Shown here: positions 34,721 to 45,394 of the stretch, in pieces | How positions within the stretch are numbered: position 1 is the stretch's first letter | How the letters are laid out: each line of letters starts with the position of its first letter | DNA from: Candidatus Melainabacteria bacterium | Lineage (GTDB): Bacteria > Cyanobacteriota > Vampirovibrionia > Obscuribacterales > Obscuribacteraceae | Assembly: GCA_003153555.1 (NCBI GenBank) | Contig: PLZS01000038.1 | Location: forward strand, 6,120-70,119 | Direction of reading: 5' to 3' | Length of the DNA: 64,000 bases | Made by a program: the position numbers and the translations under genes | Notes under the pieces: model-generated | What the model was told of the DNA's origin: nothing | The model's database searches: none | The model's input: the letters and a program-made list of their open reading frames with translations, nothing else

Positions 34721-36334
34721 CTATTTAGCAGCTGTTCCTGGAAGTAGACTGATTTTTTTGGAAATTATGTCTCGGCTTTTGGGATTGATTTCGATCGCCT
34801 TCAGATAGTCTGATGTTGCGTCCTTTGTTGCTCCAATCAAACTATAAACCTCCGCGCGTCGTTGATAAAGAGAATCATTTTTCGGCTGAAGTCTAATCGC
34901 GCTCGAAATATCAGCCAAAGATTCCTTGTAACGTTGCAAGTGCTCGTAATGCCGCGCACGTGACATGTAAAAATCCGCGATCCCTGGATGAAGCTTGAGC
35001 AAAGTAGAATATTGTTGAATCGCAGTGACAGGTTGGTCCGTAGATTCTGCAATGCGTGCACTTTGCAAGTAGGCGTAATCCAACTTAGGATCTAGTTTGC
35101 TGGCAGTTGTGAAATCTTTCAAAGCCTCGCTTAGTTTTCCAGCCGACGCATATGCGTCGCCACGTAACGTGTAATAACTGGCATGTGTTTTGTTCAAAGC
35201 GATGAGCTTGTTGCAATCAGGCACGGCGCGGTCAGGCTGTTTGACTCGAATAAATGACTGGGCTCTCTGTCGCAAATATTCAGGGTAAAGCTGGCGAATC
35301 TGCAAATGAGGATCAAATTCCGGATCAACTTTCTCTTCAAGTGCACTTATTGCTACAGAATAGTCCTCGATCGCTTTTGAATATTCACCCAAGTTTTCGT
35401 ACGCTTTCGCTCTAATCGCATGCGCATTTTCTCGAAATTCAGAAGACTTGGTCATCGCCACCGTAAGGTCAGCGATTGCTTCTTGATTGCGAGACATGGC
35501 GATCAGCAAACAGCCTCGGTGAAATGAACCGAGTGGGTCTTCAGGATGCGCGACAATAAATTTATTCAACAAAGTCAGCGCTTCGGAAAACTTACCAGCG
35601 GCTATAAGGGCTTGTGCCTTAAGGGGCATATCAAATTGTTCTGCGGTTTGATCATCTGCGAGGGCTTCTGCGTTTTTCTTGATCATGCGATAAGCAGCAG
35701 CCCTATTTCGGTAGGCTTTAGCATTCCTTGGGTTGAGTTTCAAAGATCTGTTGCAATCAGCTATACCTTCGGCATAGCGACCTAATTTGAAGTAACAATA
35801 TTCCCTTAAATCGAGCCCGTATTGAGCCCGAGGGGTCATTTCCAATTGCACATTCAAACACTTAATGGCTTCCAAATATTTGTGTTGCCGGGATAGAATG
35901 TCAGCCCTTTCCATATAAGCAGGCCAAAATTTTGGTACATGCGAGGCGACCGTTTTGAAACATTCCGCCGCAGCTGGAGGATTGTTGCAGAGACGAAACT
36001 GCAGTCCACGTTTCATCAATGCTCGATCCTTTGCGTCCAACTTCAGTCCAAGGCCTTCGTAGTAACGCAAAGTATTTTCCGAAACGTCCTTTGTCCTACT
36101 GTCAAAGTGATTCTTAACTTGAGAAGAATGACGTTTCGCAGAAAACATATGATATTCGCGAAATCGATCGCCGTAATCTTCGATTGGTAATGCAGGCAAT
36201 TCGTTAAAGCGAGTAGGTCTGGGGCTGATAGTCGGTTGGGCACCAACCTCGGTGCAAGGGTTAAATAAGGAAATTATGCAGACTAATAACGTCATGCAAC
36301 AGAACGATCGTGTTTTTGAAAACGAATGGCGCAA
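34721..36334 (-). CDS. TPR repeat protein
   Basis: About 10 canonical TPR units (e.g. AKAYRNRAAAYRMIKKNAEALADDQTA). Lies 3 nt upstream of the kinase gene, probably co-transcribed. Confidence 0.8.
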   Translation of the reverse strand: MRHSFSKTRSFCCMTLLVCIISLFNPCTEVGAQPTISPRPTRFNELPALPIEDYGDRFREYHMFSAKRHSSQVKNHFDSRTKDVSENTLRYYEGLGLKLDAKDRALMKRGLQFRLCNNPPAAAECFKTVASHVPKFWPAYMERADILSRQHKYLEAIKCLNVQLEMTPRAQYGLDLREYCYFKLGRYAEGIADCNRSLKLNPRNAKAYRNRAAAYRMIKKNAEALADDQTAEQFDMPLKAQALIAAGKFSEALTLLNKFIVAHPEDPLGSFHRGCLLIAMSRNQEAIADLTVAMTKSSEFRENAHAIRAKAYENLGEYSKAIEDYSVAISALEEKVDPEFDPHLQIRQLYPEYLRQRAQSFIRVKQPDRAVPDCNKLIALNKTHASYYTLRGDAYASAGKLSEALKDFTTASKLDPKLDYAYLQSARIAESTDQPVTAIQQYSTLLKLHPGIADFYMSRARHYEHLQRYKESLADISSAIRLQPKNDSLYQRRAEVYSLIGATKDATSDYLKAIEINPKSRDIISKKISLLPGTAAK

Positions 36335-36563
36335 GCAGTAATTTCATCCCTTGTCTAAATCGCTACCTAGTATTCGTGCCCAGCGCGACACTTTTCTGTC
36401 GGCGTTGAGCCGAATATGCTATACCCCTTGATGTTCTATGGTCTCTCCTGACCGGGTCAGGAGTCGGAGGGCGGCCGAGCCCTAATTAGTGCGCGGGCCT
36501 GATAATATGGGCTAGGGAGCCCAAGTCGTTGGATAACTTGAGCAATGAGATAAAGGTTGTACT

Positions 36564-38825
36564 GTGCACTCGGAGCAGCGTTTTACAGAAGATCAAGAAG
36601 AGCAATCGCAGCTCGACGAAGCCTTATCCACGCCAGAAGACCAGGATAAGAAGGGGTCGGGTGCTGCCCCTCAGGACAAGTTCATCGGAAAGACAATTGC
36701 GGGGCGCTATGAGGTCTTAGATCTTGCCGGCAGAGGGGGCATGAGCGTGGTTTATCGCGCCAAGCACCTCTTAACACAGAAGATTGTGGCGCTAAAACTC
36801 ATGCATTCCCATTTATTAACCGACGAGAACGCGGTGCGTCGCTTCCAGCAAGAAGCGAAAGCGGCCAGCCGCTTGCAGCATCCAAATGCAATTTCAGTTC
36901 AGGATATGGGTGTGACAGAGGACGGGCAGCCATTTTTAACGATGGATTATCTAGATGGCTTGCCGCTTTCTGATGTGATCAAGACATGGGGAAAAATGGA
37001 TCCCAAACGTTGCATCCATATCTTTGTCCAAGTTTGCGCCGCTCTCGCCCATGCACATGATCAGCGAATTGTGCATCGCGATCTTAAACCAAGCAACGTA
37101 ATGTTAGTACGCTCAGATGAGAATCCTGATTTCGTAAAAGTTGTCGATTTCGGCATCGCCAAAATCTTGCCGGAAGCTGGAGAAGTACTCAAGCTCACGG
37201 CAACTGGTGAAGTGTTCGGCAGTCCTTTATACATGAGCCCAGAACAATGCATGGGTCGTCAGCTCGATGCGCGGTCGGATATTTATTCAATGGGTTGCTT
37301 GATGTATGAGGCTCTTACAGGGAAGGCGCCTCATGAAGGCAACAATGCTTTAGAAACTATGTACAAGCATACAAATTTAGCCGCGCCATTGTTGGCAGAT
37401 ATAGACGCTGATCCAAGGCTCATCCAACGCCTCGACCACATCTTACAAAAGTGCATGGCGAAAGTGCCCGAGCAACGTTACCAAAGTATGCTCGAGTTGA
37501 GGAATGAATTGTTAGAGGTGGCCGGTTCCGCAAAAAAAGGTTCAAAAATAGCGGCAAAATTAGGGATGGGAGCGGCTGACAAAGGCCGCAAATTCGACAA
37601 CAAGCTCTCCACAGTCTCGTCTAGAAAATTATTCTGGTATGTGGCAATGCCACTACTATTGGTGCTCGGAGTAGGAGCGTCATCATTTGGCTATTACTGG
37701 ATAAGTACCGCGGGAGATCCAATGCTCACCGACCGCGAGTTGGTTTTAAATCGATACATGTCGAGAGTCAAGGCGGATAGCGACATAGCAGAAAGCATGG
37801 AGAAAGAATGCAAGACAGCGCCGGCAGTTCTACAGAAAAGTATTGAAAATCTAAGCGATGCCGATCAGAACCACGAGTCCAATCTGGCTGCGTACTCAGC
37901 AATGAAGCGAGCCGTTCACAGCTACACACCACAAGAATATTACTATAAATGCCAACGGTATGGAATGTATTTCACTAAAAATGGTGACTACACCGAAGCT
38001 ATAGAGGCTTTTACAACCGCGTTGGGCGTGTCAGTTACAGGTGGATTTTCAAATCGTTTGGACAGTGCCATGATGCAGGCACTAATGGCTGAGTGCCTTA
38101 TGGCAGAAGGCGAAGACTCTAAAACCAACGTTCGCCTGGATGCTAAACCAGGTAGCTTAGAAGCTCTTGATTGGGCACTTGCAGCATCCAAGGGCTTCGA
38201 AGATGGCAATGTCACCTCAGCTCCATATGTGACTGCCAATTTGGGAAATTTACTCGAACTTTACTCCGCTCGACCGGCGCAGTTGAGTGCCGGAATACCA
38301 TACTTGGAGAAATTGTTTAGAAAGAGGGAGAATGCTCCGCTGGTTGACGGTCTGGCCTTCGCGCAAGCGGCCCAGTTTGCCGAAGCTTGCTCAAAAAACG
38401 GCATTGCCACGATTACGCTTTGGGAACTTGATCCGCAAAGTTACATGGAGACAAGAATTCCCGTTTCGTCGGCGGAGATTGCAGCGAGGTCGCTGCGTAA
38501 GTCTCTCACTGCATGGTCACAACTCGAACGCAGACGATCCAAGCGAGCCGTTTTTTACAACGAAGGGGTCATTCTCAATCGGCTGGGGTTACTTGCGGAA
38601 CAAAATGGCGATCTACCCCTATCCGAGCAACAGTTTAACAATGCGCTCGAAAAGCTCGCTGAGGCCAACAACAACAAAGACGAATCAGTGGCTAAGGTCT
38701 TGTTTAATCTCAGCGAAGTTCAACTTAAAGAGCATAAATTTTCAGAATACTACAAGAATCACAGCGACGCCAAGAGAATCTGGGCCGATACATTCCACCC
38801 CCGGAAAAAACAGTCCAGCACCTGA
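36564..38825 (+). CDS. Hanks-type Ser/Thr protein kinase with TM segment and helical C-terminal domain
   Basis: GRGGMSVVYRA, HRDLKPSN, DFG, SPEQ. TM helix LFWYVAMPLLLVLGVGA. GTG start. Confidence 0.85.
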   Translation: MHSEQRFTEDQEEQSQLDEALSTPEDQDKKGSGAAPQDKFIGKTIAGRYEVLDLAGRGGMSVVYRAKHLLTQKIVALKLMHSHLLTDENAVRRFQQEAKAASRLQHPNAISVQDMGVTEDGQPFLTMDYLDGLPLSDVIKTWGKMDPKRCIHIFVQVCAALAHAHDQRIVHRDLKPSNVMLVRSDENPDFVKVVDFGIAKILPEAGEVLKLTATGEVFGSPLYMSPEQCMGRQLDARSDIYSMGCLMYEALTGKAPHEGNNALETMYKHTNLAAPLLADIDADPRLIQRLDHILQKCMAKVPEQRYQSMLELRNELLEVAGSAKKGSKIAAKLGMGAADKGRKFDNKLSTVSSRKLFWYVAMPLLLVLGVGASSFGYYWISTAGDPMLTDRELVLNRYMSRVKADSDIAESMEKECKTAPAVLQKSIENLSDADQNHESNLAAYSAMKRAVHSYTPQEYYYKCQRYGMYFTKNGDYTEAIEAFTTALGVSVTGGFSNRLDSAMMQALMAECLMAEGEDSKTNVRLDAKPGSLEALDWALAASKGFEDGNVTSAPYVTANLGNLLELYSARPAQLSAGIPYLEKLFRKRENAPLVDGLAFAQAAQFAEACSKNGIATITLWELDPQSYMETRIPVSSAEIAARSLRKSLTAWSQLERRRSKRAVFYNEGVILNRLGLLAEQNGDLPLSEQQFNNALEKLAEANNNKDESVAKVLFNLSEVQLKEHKFSEYYKNHSDAKRIWADTFHPRKKQSST

Positions 38826-38933
38826 CGCAAGGATTCTTTGGAGATGATTTAAAATTGGATCAGCTTTCAATCGGGTTTTCAACAGACCAGACATAGTAAG
38901 CTCGTTTACCACAATCATTCTGTTGGGTGACCG

Positions 38934-40883
38934 ATGAATCGCAATATTCCCCAGTGTTTCCAAGCGCTATCATTTTCATTGAGCGCGTTGCTACTTCTTC
39001 CACTTCTATCCGGATGCGGAGCAGATAAGCTTCCTGCCACCACAAATGGTGCGTCGACAACAACGACCACGACTACGACCACGACTACTACCACCAATTT
39101 GCCGGGGATGAAAAGTGCACTGCCGATAGTTAACCCGGCAAACCCAGGTCCCTATCGCACTAAAGCTATAGACGGCGAAGAGATGCGCATCGGACGATTT
39201 CCTGCCGGGCAATATGGTGGCACGATGGTTCGTTCTATGATTGGTGCCGACCCAAAAACATTCAATTATTGGGCAGCTGAAGACACAGCCTCCACCTTGC
39301 TTGCAGGCTTAATGTTTTCAGGGCTTGTGACAGTTGACCCTTGGACTGGTGATGTCATTCCAGACATGGCCGAGAGCTTCAAGGTAGATCCCGATGGACT
39401 GACCTACACGACCACTTTGCGCAAAGGGTTGAAGTGGTCTGATGGCAAACCGATAACTTCTGCAGATGTTGCGTTTACCTGGAACAAGCTCATTGCCGGA
39501 GGCTATGGCAATTCGTCGTTAAGAGACGTTGTCAGCGTTAATGGCAAGATGCCCACTGTCACGGTCGTTGATGAGCTAACCAACAAGTTCGTAACGCCCA
39601 AACCGTTTGCACCATTTCTGCGTCAAATTGGAATCGCTATTGCTCCCAAGCATATAGTTGAACCCATTTTGGCGCAAAAAGATGGCAGAGCTGCATTTCA
39701 GCAGTTGTGGTCGTCGAATATTGACCCCCAAACTCTGGTCACGAGCGGTCCTTATACCTTGTCCCGATTCGTCCCGGCACAGCGTGTTGAGATGGAAGCG
39801 ACAAAGAACTATTACATGGCAAATACTGATGGAAAAAAATTGCCATACTTAGCGCGGATGATGTTTCTAATTGTGCCGGACCCGAACACGAATTTACTCA
39901 AGTTCCGCGGCAAGGAAATTGACATCACTCCCGTTCGAGCCCGCGACATTCCAAAATTGCTAAGTGAGCAAGAGAAGGACAACTTCAAGCTCTACAACCT
40001 CGGACCGTCGATTGGAACGACGTTCATTATGATGAACATGAACCGCCGTGAAAATCCGAAAAGTCATAAGCCATATGTTGACCCAATTAAATCTAAATGG
40101 TTCAACGACACTAATTTCAGACAAGCGCTCAACCATATAATCAATCGTGAAGACATGGTGGCAAATTATTTCAAGGGTATCGGGTCAACATTGTTCACGG
40201 CGGAGCCGTCAGCAAGTCCTTATCACAACACCAAATTGCAACCTTTTAAGCCTGATCTTCAGTATTCGATGTCACTGTTAACCAAATCCGGTTTCACCAA
40301 GAGGCCCGATGGGGTGCTTTACGACAAAGATGGGCACAAAGTCGAGATCAATCTAGTAACGTCTGCCGGCAGCACATTTTATGAAGCGCTGGGGAACATG
40401 ATGGTGGACGATTTCAAAAAACTTGGCATCACCATGAATTTCCAACCCATAGATTTCAATGTGTTGAACGACAAAGTGAGCACGGGAGACTGGGAAGTCT
40501 GCCTGATGAGCCTGTCTCCAGGTGATGCGCTTGAGCCCAACGATGGCGCAAATGTTTGGAAATCGAATGGTCGTATGCACATGTTCGATGAACGGAAAGC
40601 TGACGCCGCCGGCAACATTGTCGTTACTGATGCACGCCCGTGGGAAAAGAGACTGGACCAAATTTTCACCGACGGTGCTCTAACCTTGGACAAAGCGAAG
40701 CGCCATGCCTTCTATGACGAGTATCAACAGATTGCCTACGATCAAGCACCATTCATTTTCCTAGTCACACCAACAACTGTGATTGGTGCACGCAACACTA
40801 TGCAAAACTTCGTACCAACGCCTTTATCCCAATATACGAACGGCGTGCATAACGTTGAAGAAGTTTGGAAAAAAGCAGAGTGA
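38934..40883 (+). CDS. ABC transporter substrate-binding lipoprotein, family 5 (peptide/nickel type), with poly-Thr linker
   Basis: Lipobox LLSGC followed by a 13-residue Thr run (39056-39095). The family-5 SBP body is paralogous to the next gene. Confidence 0.85.
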   Translation: MNRNIPQCFQALSFSLSALLLLPLLSGCGADKLPATTNGASTTTTTTTTTTTTTNLPGMKSALPIVNPANPGPYRTKAIDGEEMRIGRFPAGQYGGTMVRSMIGADPKTFNYWAAEDTASTLLAGLMFSGLVTVDPWTGDVIPDMAESFKVDPDGLTYTTTLRKGLKWSDGKPITSADVAFTWNKLIAGGYGNSSLRDVVSVNGKMPTVTVVDELTNKFVTPKPFAPFLRQIGIAIAPKHIVEPILAQKDGRAAFQQLWSSNIDPQTLVTSGPYTLSRFVPAQRVEMEATKNYYMANTDGKKLPYLARMMFLIVPDPNTNLLKFRGKEIDITPVRARDIPKLLSEQEKDNFKLYNLGPSIGTTFIMMNMNRRENPKSHKPYVDPIKSKWFNDTNFRQALNHIINREDMVANYFKGIGSTLFTAEPSASPYHNTKLQPFKPDLQYSMSLLTKSGFTKRPDGVLYDKDGHKVEINLVTSAGSTFYEALGNMMVDDFKKLGITMNFQPIDFNVLNDKVSTGDWEVCLMSLSPGDALEPNDGANVWKSNGRMHMFDERKADAAGNIVVTDARPWEKRLDQIFTDGALTLDKAKRHAFYDEYQQIAYDQAPFIFLVTPTTVIGARNTMQNFVPTPLSQYTNGVHNVEEVWKKAE

Positions 40884-40969
40884 ACCCTCTTCTCCTTCTG
40901 TCACTACTATCGCTATGTGTGTCCCTCCTTTCGATAGAGAAATGGAGCGCGGCTATCCTAGCCGCCCAT

Positions 40970-43072
40970 ATGCGCACCCTCCTACTGCTCGTGTCATCTC
41001 TGTCGATGTCCTTATTGTTAGCTGGCTGCAACCTGGGAGCGCCGGCATCCTTGCCGGCACCTAGCAACGCATCAAAATCCCAATCACTCACGAGCGCTCC
41101 CACCAAATCCGAATCATCCACGGACGCTGCCACCAAATCCCCACCCACTAATAACGCTGCCACCAAAAATGGTGCGCAACCATCCTCACCCGATTCCAAA
41201 AGCACATCAGCCACAGGAATCATCCCCACCCCAGCTATTGACACTGGCATGTCCCACATCGCCAAAACTCCGCAACCGCCGCCATTCAAATTGATCGAAG
41301 CGGCAGCATCCTCCGACCAAACGGTCAAACCCAAATCAAAAGACGAACCGGTCGCAGAGTTCTGGCAAGCTCGCGGCGAGACCGGTGAATTTGGTGGCAC
41401 ATTTACTACAGGCACCTTCGGACAAGGTCCCAAAACCTTCAACAAATGGCAAGCCGCTGACGTCGAGAGCGATGGCATCGGACAATTGATGTATGAGGAT
41501 CTGCTTGCACCAGATCCCTGGACTGGAGAATTCTATCCAAAACTGGCGAAGAGTTTTACAATTAGTCCAAACAAGAAGGAAATCACTTTTGTTTTGCGAA
41601 AGGGCTTGAAGTGGTCGGACGGACATCCACTAAACGCGGACGATGTAGTATTCACTTTTGATACCATTGTGCGAAAGGGTTATGGCAACTCGAGTTATCG
41701 CGATGTTCTATCTGTTCATGGAAAGTTTCCAGACGTCATCAAAGTTGATGATCTAACCGTCAAGTTCCGCACGACTGTGCCATTTGCACCGATTTTAAAT
41801 GGACTGCGTGTAGCTATTGCCCCTAAACATATTCTCGAAAAAGTAACGAAAAAACCGGTGGCCGAATTCAGCAAATTCTGGGACGTTAACAGTGATTTGT
41901 CGACGTTGGTGGTGAGCGGCCCTTTTAAAGTGACGCGTTACCTCGCTGCGCAACGCGTTGAACTAACCCGCAATCCCAACTATTCAATGGTTGATCGGCT
42001 CGGACGCCGTTTGCCATACCTTGATAGATTCAATGTTTCTATCGTGCCGGATCAGAACACCGAAATTTTGAAGTTCTACGGCAACGAAATTGACTTCCTG
42101 GACATCCGTGCTGTGCGCGGTTCTGATGCGGCTTTGATGAAAAAGCGCGAAGTCCAAGGTGGCTATAAAATGTACAACTTGGGACCAGATGACGGCACCA
42201 TGTTTCTTATGTTTAATCAGAACCAACGCAAAGATAAAAAAGGCAAATACTATGTTGATCCGATTAAGCAAAAATGGTTCGACAGCAAGAACTTCAGGCA
42301 AGCGGTCAGTCATGCAATCAATCGAAGGCGCATCATCAGCAATGTGTTGCGTGGAGTCGGGCTGCCACTCTACACTGCCGAGTCACCGGCATCCATCTAT
42401 TTCGACAAGGCTCTCGAGCCATACCCGCAAGATTTGGAGTTTGCAGCTGAGCTGCTGACTTTGGCTAAATTCAAAAAGAAAGGGGAGTGGCTATACGACG
42501 AAGACGGACATCAGGTCGAATTCACACTCAATACTAACGCCGGCAACACGACTCGCGACGGCGTCTGCGTAATGATTGTAAATGAACTTAAAAAGCTCGG
42601 CATCAAGGCTAACTATCAGCCGATCGAATTCAACATCCTGATCGATAAAGTGGAAACGAGCCTCGATTGGCAAGCAGTAGTGATGGGACTGACTGGCGAC
42701 AAACTCGAACCTTACAACGGCGCTAACATCTGGAAATCGAATGGTCGCCTTCACATGTTTAACCAACGGCTGCCGGCGCCTGATGGCAGCATCCCGGTTA
42801 ATGACGCGCGTGACTACGAGAAGGCCATTGATGAATGTTTCGACAAGGGTGCCACCACATTCGATATCGCCGAACGGCACAAGTACTTCGACACGTATCA
42901 AGAAATAGCCTACGAAAAACTGCCGTTTATCTATCTCTATTCGACCCTTGATTTGACTGCCATCAAGAACAAAGTCGGAAATTACATGCCGACTCCATTG
43001 GGGATTTGGTATACGCCGAAAGGCAGTCTTCATAATATCGAAGAGATTTATATCCGCAAGGCAGCTAACTGA
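40970..43072 (+). CDS. ABC transporter substrate-binding lipoprotein, family 5, with ~130-aa S/T/A/P-rich linker
   Basis: Start placed at MRTLLLLVSSLSMSLLLAGC (lipobox); the ORF opens at 40865. It is colinear with the preceding SBP (RKGLKWSDG, IAPKHI, NPNYSM). Confidence 0.85.
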   Translation: MRTLLLLVSSLSMSLLLAGCNLGAPASLPAPSNASKSQSLTSAPTKSESSTDAATKSPPTNNAATKNGAQPSSPDSKSTSATGIIPTPAIDTGMSHIAKTPQPPPFKLIEAAASSDQTVKPKSKDEPVAEFWQARGETGEFGGTFTTGTFGQGPKTFNKWQAADVESDGIGQLMYEDLLAPDPWTGEFYPKLAKSFTISPNKKEITFVLRKGLKWSDGHPLNADDVVFTFDTIVRKGYGNSSYRDVLSVHGKFPDVIKVDDLTVKFRTTVPFAPILNGLRVAIAPKHILEKVTKKPVAEFSKFWDVNSDLSTLVVSGPFKVTRYLAAQRVELTRNPNYSMVDRLGRRLPYLDRFNVSIVPDQNTEILKFYGNEIDFLDIRAVRGSDAALMKKREVQGGYKMYNLGPDDGTMFLMFNQNQRKDKKGKYYVDPIKQKWFDSKNFRQAVSHAINRRRIISNVLRGVGLPLYTAESPASIYFDKALEPYPQDLEFAAELLTLAKFKKKGEWLYDEDGHQVEFTLNTNAGNTTRDGVCVMIVNELKKLGIKANYQPIEFNILIDKVETSLDWQAVVMGLTGDKLEPYNGANIWKSNGRLHMFNQRLPAPDGSIPVNDARDYEKAIDECFDKGATTFDIAERHKYFDTYQEIAYEKLPFIYLYSTLDLTAIKNKVGNYMPTPLGIWYTPKGSLHNIEEIYIRKAAN

Positions 43073-44040
43073 TGTCTATACCCATCTATATCCTGAAGCG
43101 AATCCTGCAGGCGCTGCCTCTCTTGCTGATCATTTCAATCATGAGTTTCACAATGTTGAAACTTGCTCCCATTGATCCTCTAGCCCACTTGCGAGCCAAT
43201 CCAGCGATCTCGTTATCGGCAATCAAAGCCGAGGAACAGAGGCTCGGTTTGGACAAACCAGCACCTGTTCAATACGCAATTTGGATCGGGAATATTCTGC
43301 GCGGTGATATGGGAATCTCCACATCTGGTGCTTCGGTTTTTGTGCTGCTCATGCAACGAGCCGGAAACACCCTGATTTTAAGCGTTTTGAGCATCGCATT
43401 CACCTGGCTGATTGCCATTCCTGCCGGTGTAGCAGCAGCAGTAGATCGAGGCAAGTTCATTGACAAATTCTTTGGCATTCTCACTTCGATCGGAATGTCC
43501 ATGCCTACATTCCTCTTCGCCCTACTCTTGCTAATGTTTGCGTTAGCCACACACTGGCTTCCTATCGGCGGTTTAACTAGTCCAGACTTTTTCGAGCTCG
43601 ATTTGCCGCATCAAATTTTGGATGAAGGAAAGCATTTGATCATCCCCGTGATCGTGCTGACGTTTGTTTCGTTGGCAGGGATTCAGCGACAGATGCGAGC
43701 AAACTTGCTCGACGTTTTGCGAGCTGAATACGTTCGCACCGCGCGCGCTAAGGGCTTGCCCGAGCACACTGTTATCTATCATCATGCGCTCCGCAATGCA
43801 GTTAACCCGCTAATCACTCTTTTGGGATTCGAGTTCTCCGCCCTGTTGAGCGGTGCGGCTCTGACTGAAACTGTGCTCGCCTATCCTGGACTAGGCAGGC
43901 TGACCCTGGAAGGGGTGCTAACCAAAGATATGAATCTCGTCATGGCGTCTTTGATGCTTGGCGCTGTGATGCTTATCGTCGGTAATTTGCTCGCCGACGT
44001 TTTGCTCAAGTTTGTTGACCCCCGCATCACCTTGGAATGA
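43072..44040 (+). CDS. ABC transporter permease (DppB/OppB-like)
   Basis: MSIPIYILKRILQALPLLLIISIMSF and YVRTARAKGL are classic OppB/DppB motifs. Confidence 0.9.
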   Translation: MSIPIYILKRILQALPLLLIISIMSFTMLKLAPIDPLAHLRANPAISLSAIKAEEQRLGLDKPAPVQYAIWIGNILRGDMGISTSGASVFVLLMQRAGNTLILSVLSIAFTWLIAIPAGVAAAVDRGKFIDKFFGILTSIGMSMPTFLFALLLLMFALATHWLPIGGLTSPDFFELDLPHQILDEGKHLIIPVIVLTFVSLAGIQRQMRANLLDVLRAEYVRTARAKGLPEHTVIYHHALRNAVNPLITLLGFEFSALLSGAALTETVLAYPGLGRLTLEGVLTKDMNLVMASLMLGAVMLIVGNLLADVLLKFVDPRITLE

Positions 44041-44041
44041 T

Positions 44042-45160
44042 ATGGAATCTGCGATAGCGACAATCAAACCAGTTATAGCGGATGAGCCACTGCGCAAGAC
44101 TCCCTGGGATCGCTTATGGGCGGACAAGTTGGCTCGCTTCTCGCTGCTTGTTCTCGCTCTTTTATATTTCGGCGCAATCTTTGCCGATCCGCTCACCCCT
44201 TACAGCATGGGTTTCAACGACGCGGAAGTAGCGAATCAACCACCAAGCGTGATTCATTGGCACAACGCTCAAGGGAATGTTGAAGGACCCTACGTCCTGC
44301 AAGTCGAGCGCACATTCAATCCTGAGACGTTCCAGCAATCCTACATGGAACTTCCGGGTCCAGGTTTTCCGATTAAACTGTTTATCAAAGGCGAACCATA
44401 CAAAATTCTTGGCATCATCCCTGGTGACATCCATTTGTTCGGCGTGCAAGATCCCGGTCGATTATTCCTATTAGGATCCGACATAAACGGACGTGACAAT
44501 TTCTCTCGCTTATTCTTTGGAGCCCAGAAAAGCCTAACCATCGGCTTCTTGGGCTTGTTTATCGCATTCCCAATCGGCATTGTATATGGTGGCATCTCCG
44601 GTTTCCTGGGCGGCGCGATCGACAACGCGATGATGCGACTAGCTGAAGCGATTATGTCGGTGCCCAGCTTCTACTTACTGATTGGACTGGCTGCTATGCT
44701 CCCGCCTGAGATGACGAGCTCCCAACGGTTTGCCTTAATCACAGTCATTCTCTCTTTCATTGGTTGGGCTGGATTAGCAAGGGTGATTCGCGGTATGGTC
44801 TTATCAATAAGAGAGGAAGAGTTTGTACAAGCGGCACGAGCAGCGGGTATGCCTGAGTTTTTCAATGTCATCAAGCATGTTTTGCCACAAACGGCGAGTT
44901 TCATCATCGTTGCGGCGACGTTACAAGTTCCCAACTTCATCCTTTCAGAAAGCGGTTTGAGCTTTATCGGATTGGGGATTCAGCAACCCGATGCCAGCTG
45001 GGGAAACATGCTCAAGGCGGCGTTGGACAATGCCAACGAGCTTGTAGACCAACCCTGGCTGTTAGCGCCAGGCTTCCTCATATTCATCACAATTCTTTGT
45101 TTCAACAACGTCGGCGACGTTCTCAGAGACGTGCTCGACCCTAAAATGCAGGGACGGTGA
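44042..45160 (+). CDS. ABC transporter permease (DppC/OppC-like, long periplasmic loop)
   Basis: ATG 44042 lies 1 nt after the upstream stop. EEFVQAARAAGM motif and six TM segments. Confidence 0.9.
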   Translation: MESAIATIKPVIADEPLRKTPWDRLWADKLARFSLLVLALLYFGAIFADPLTPYSMGFNDAEVANQPPSVIHWHNAQGNVEGPYVLQVERTFNPETFQQSYMELPGPGFPIKLFIKGEPYKILGIIPGDIHLFGVQDPGRLFLLGSDINGRDNFSRLFFGAQKSLTIGFLGLFIAFPIGIVYGGISGFLGGAIDNAMMRLAEAIMSVPSFYLLIGLAAMLPPEMTSSQRFALITVILSFIGWAGLARVIRGMVLSIREEEFVQAARAAGMPEFFNVIKHVLPQTASFIIVAATLQVPNFILSESGLSFIGLGIQQPDASWGNMLKAALDNANELVDQPWLLAPGFLIFITILCFNNVGDVLRDVLDPKMQGR

Positions 45161-45163
45161 GCG

Positions 45164-45394
45164 GTGGAGCATCCAATCATCTACTGGTTCGTGACCGCAA
45201 TCGTGATTGTGGTGACAGTTGTGATTACGGTGTTCAACGCAAAACATTGGATTGGTAAGCGTCGTTTCTTGTGCGCGGACTGCAAGTTTAATACACCAGA
45301 AGACTGCTTAAAACCGGAACGCCCCAAGGCGCTTGAGTGCACAGCCTATCGCCCTGAGAGCGCCATCGAACTGCCTGGGAGCGCCGGCTTCTAG
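45164..45394 (+). CDS. small single-TM protein with four Cys
   Basis: GTG start 3 nt after the permease stop. TM helix IIYWFVTAIVIVVTVVITVF, then CADCKF..EDC..ALEC. No homolog recognised. Confidence 0.35.
   Translation: MEHPIIYWFVTAIVIVVTVVITVFNAKHWIGKRRFLCADCKFNTPEDCLKPERPKALECTAYRPESAIELPGSAGF

Noticed and set aside
36445-36463. A perfect hairpin ctcctgac-cgg-gtcaggag in the TPR/kinase divergent intergenic region.
   Set aside because: It is an 8-bp stem with no U-tract and lies between two divergent starts. It is not a terminator, and there is no basis for assigning a function.
38915-39097. A poly-Val ORF on the minus strand.
   Set aside because: It is the reverse complement of the poly-Thr linker codons of the binding-protein gene.
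40798-41478. A 226-aa minus-strand ORF, and likewise the 42491..43033 minus-strand 180-aa ORF.
   Set aside because: Both are antisense to the well-supported substrate-binding-protein gene, so they are shadow ORFs.
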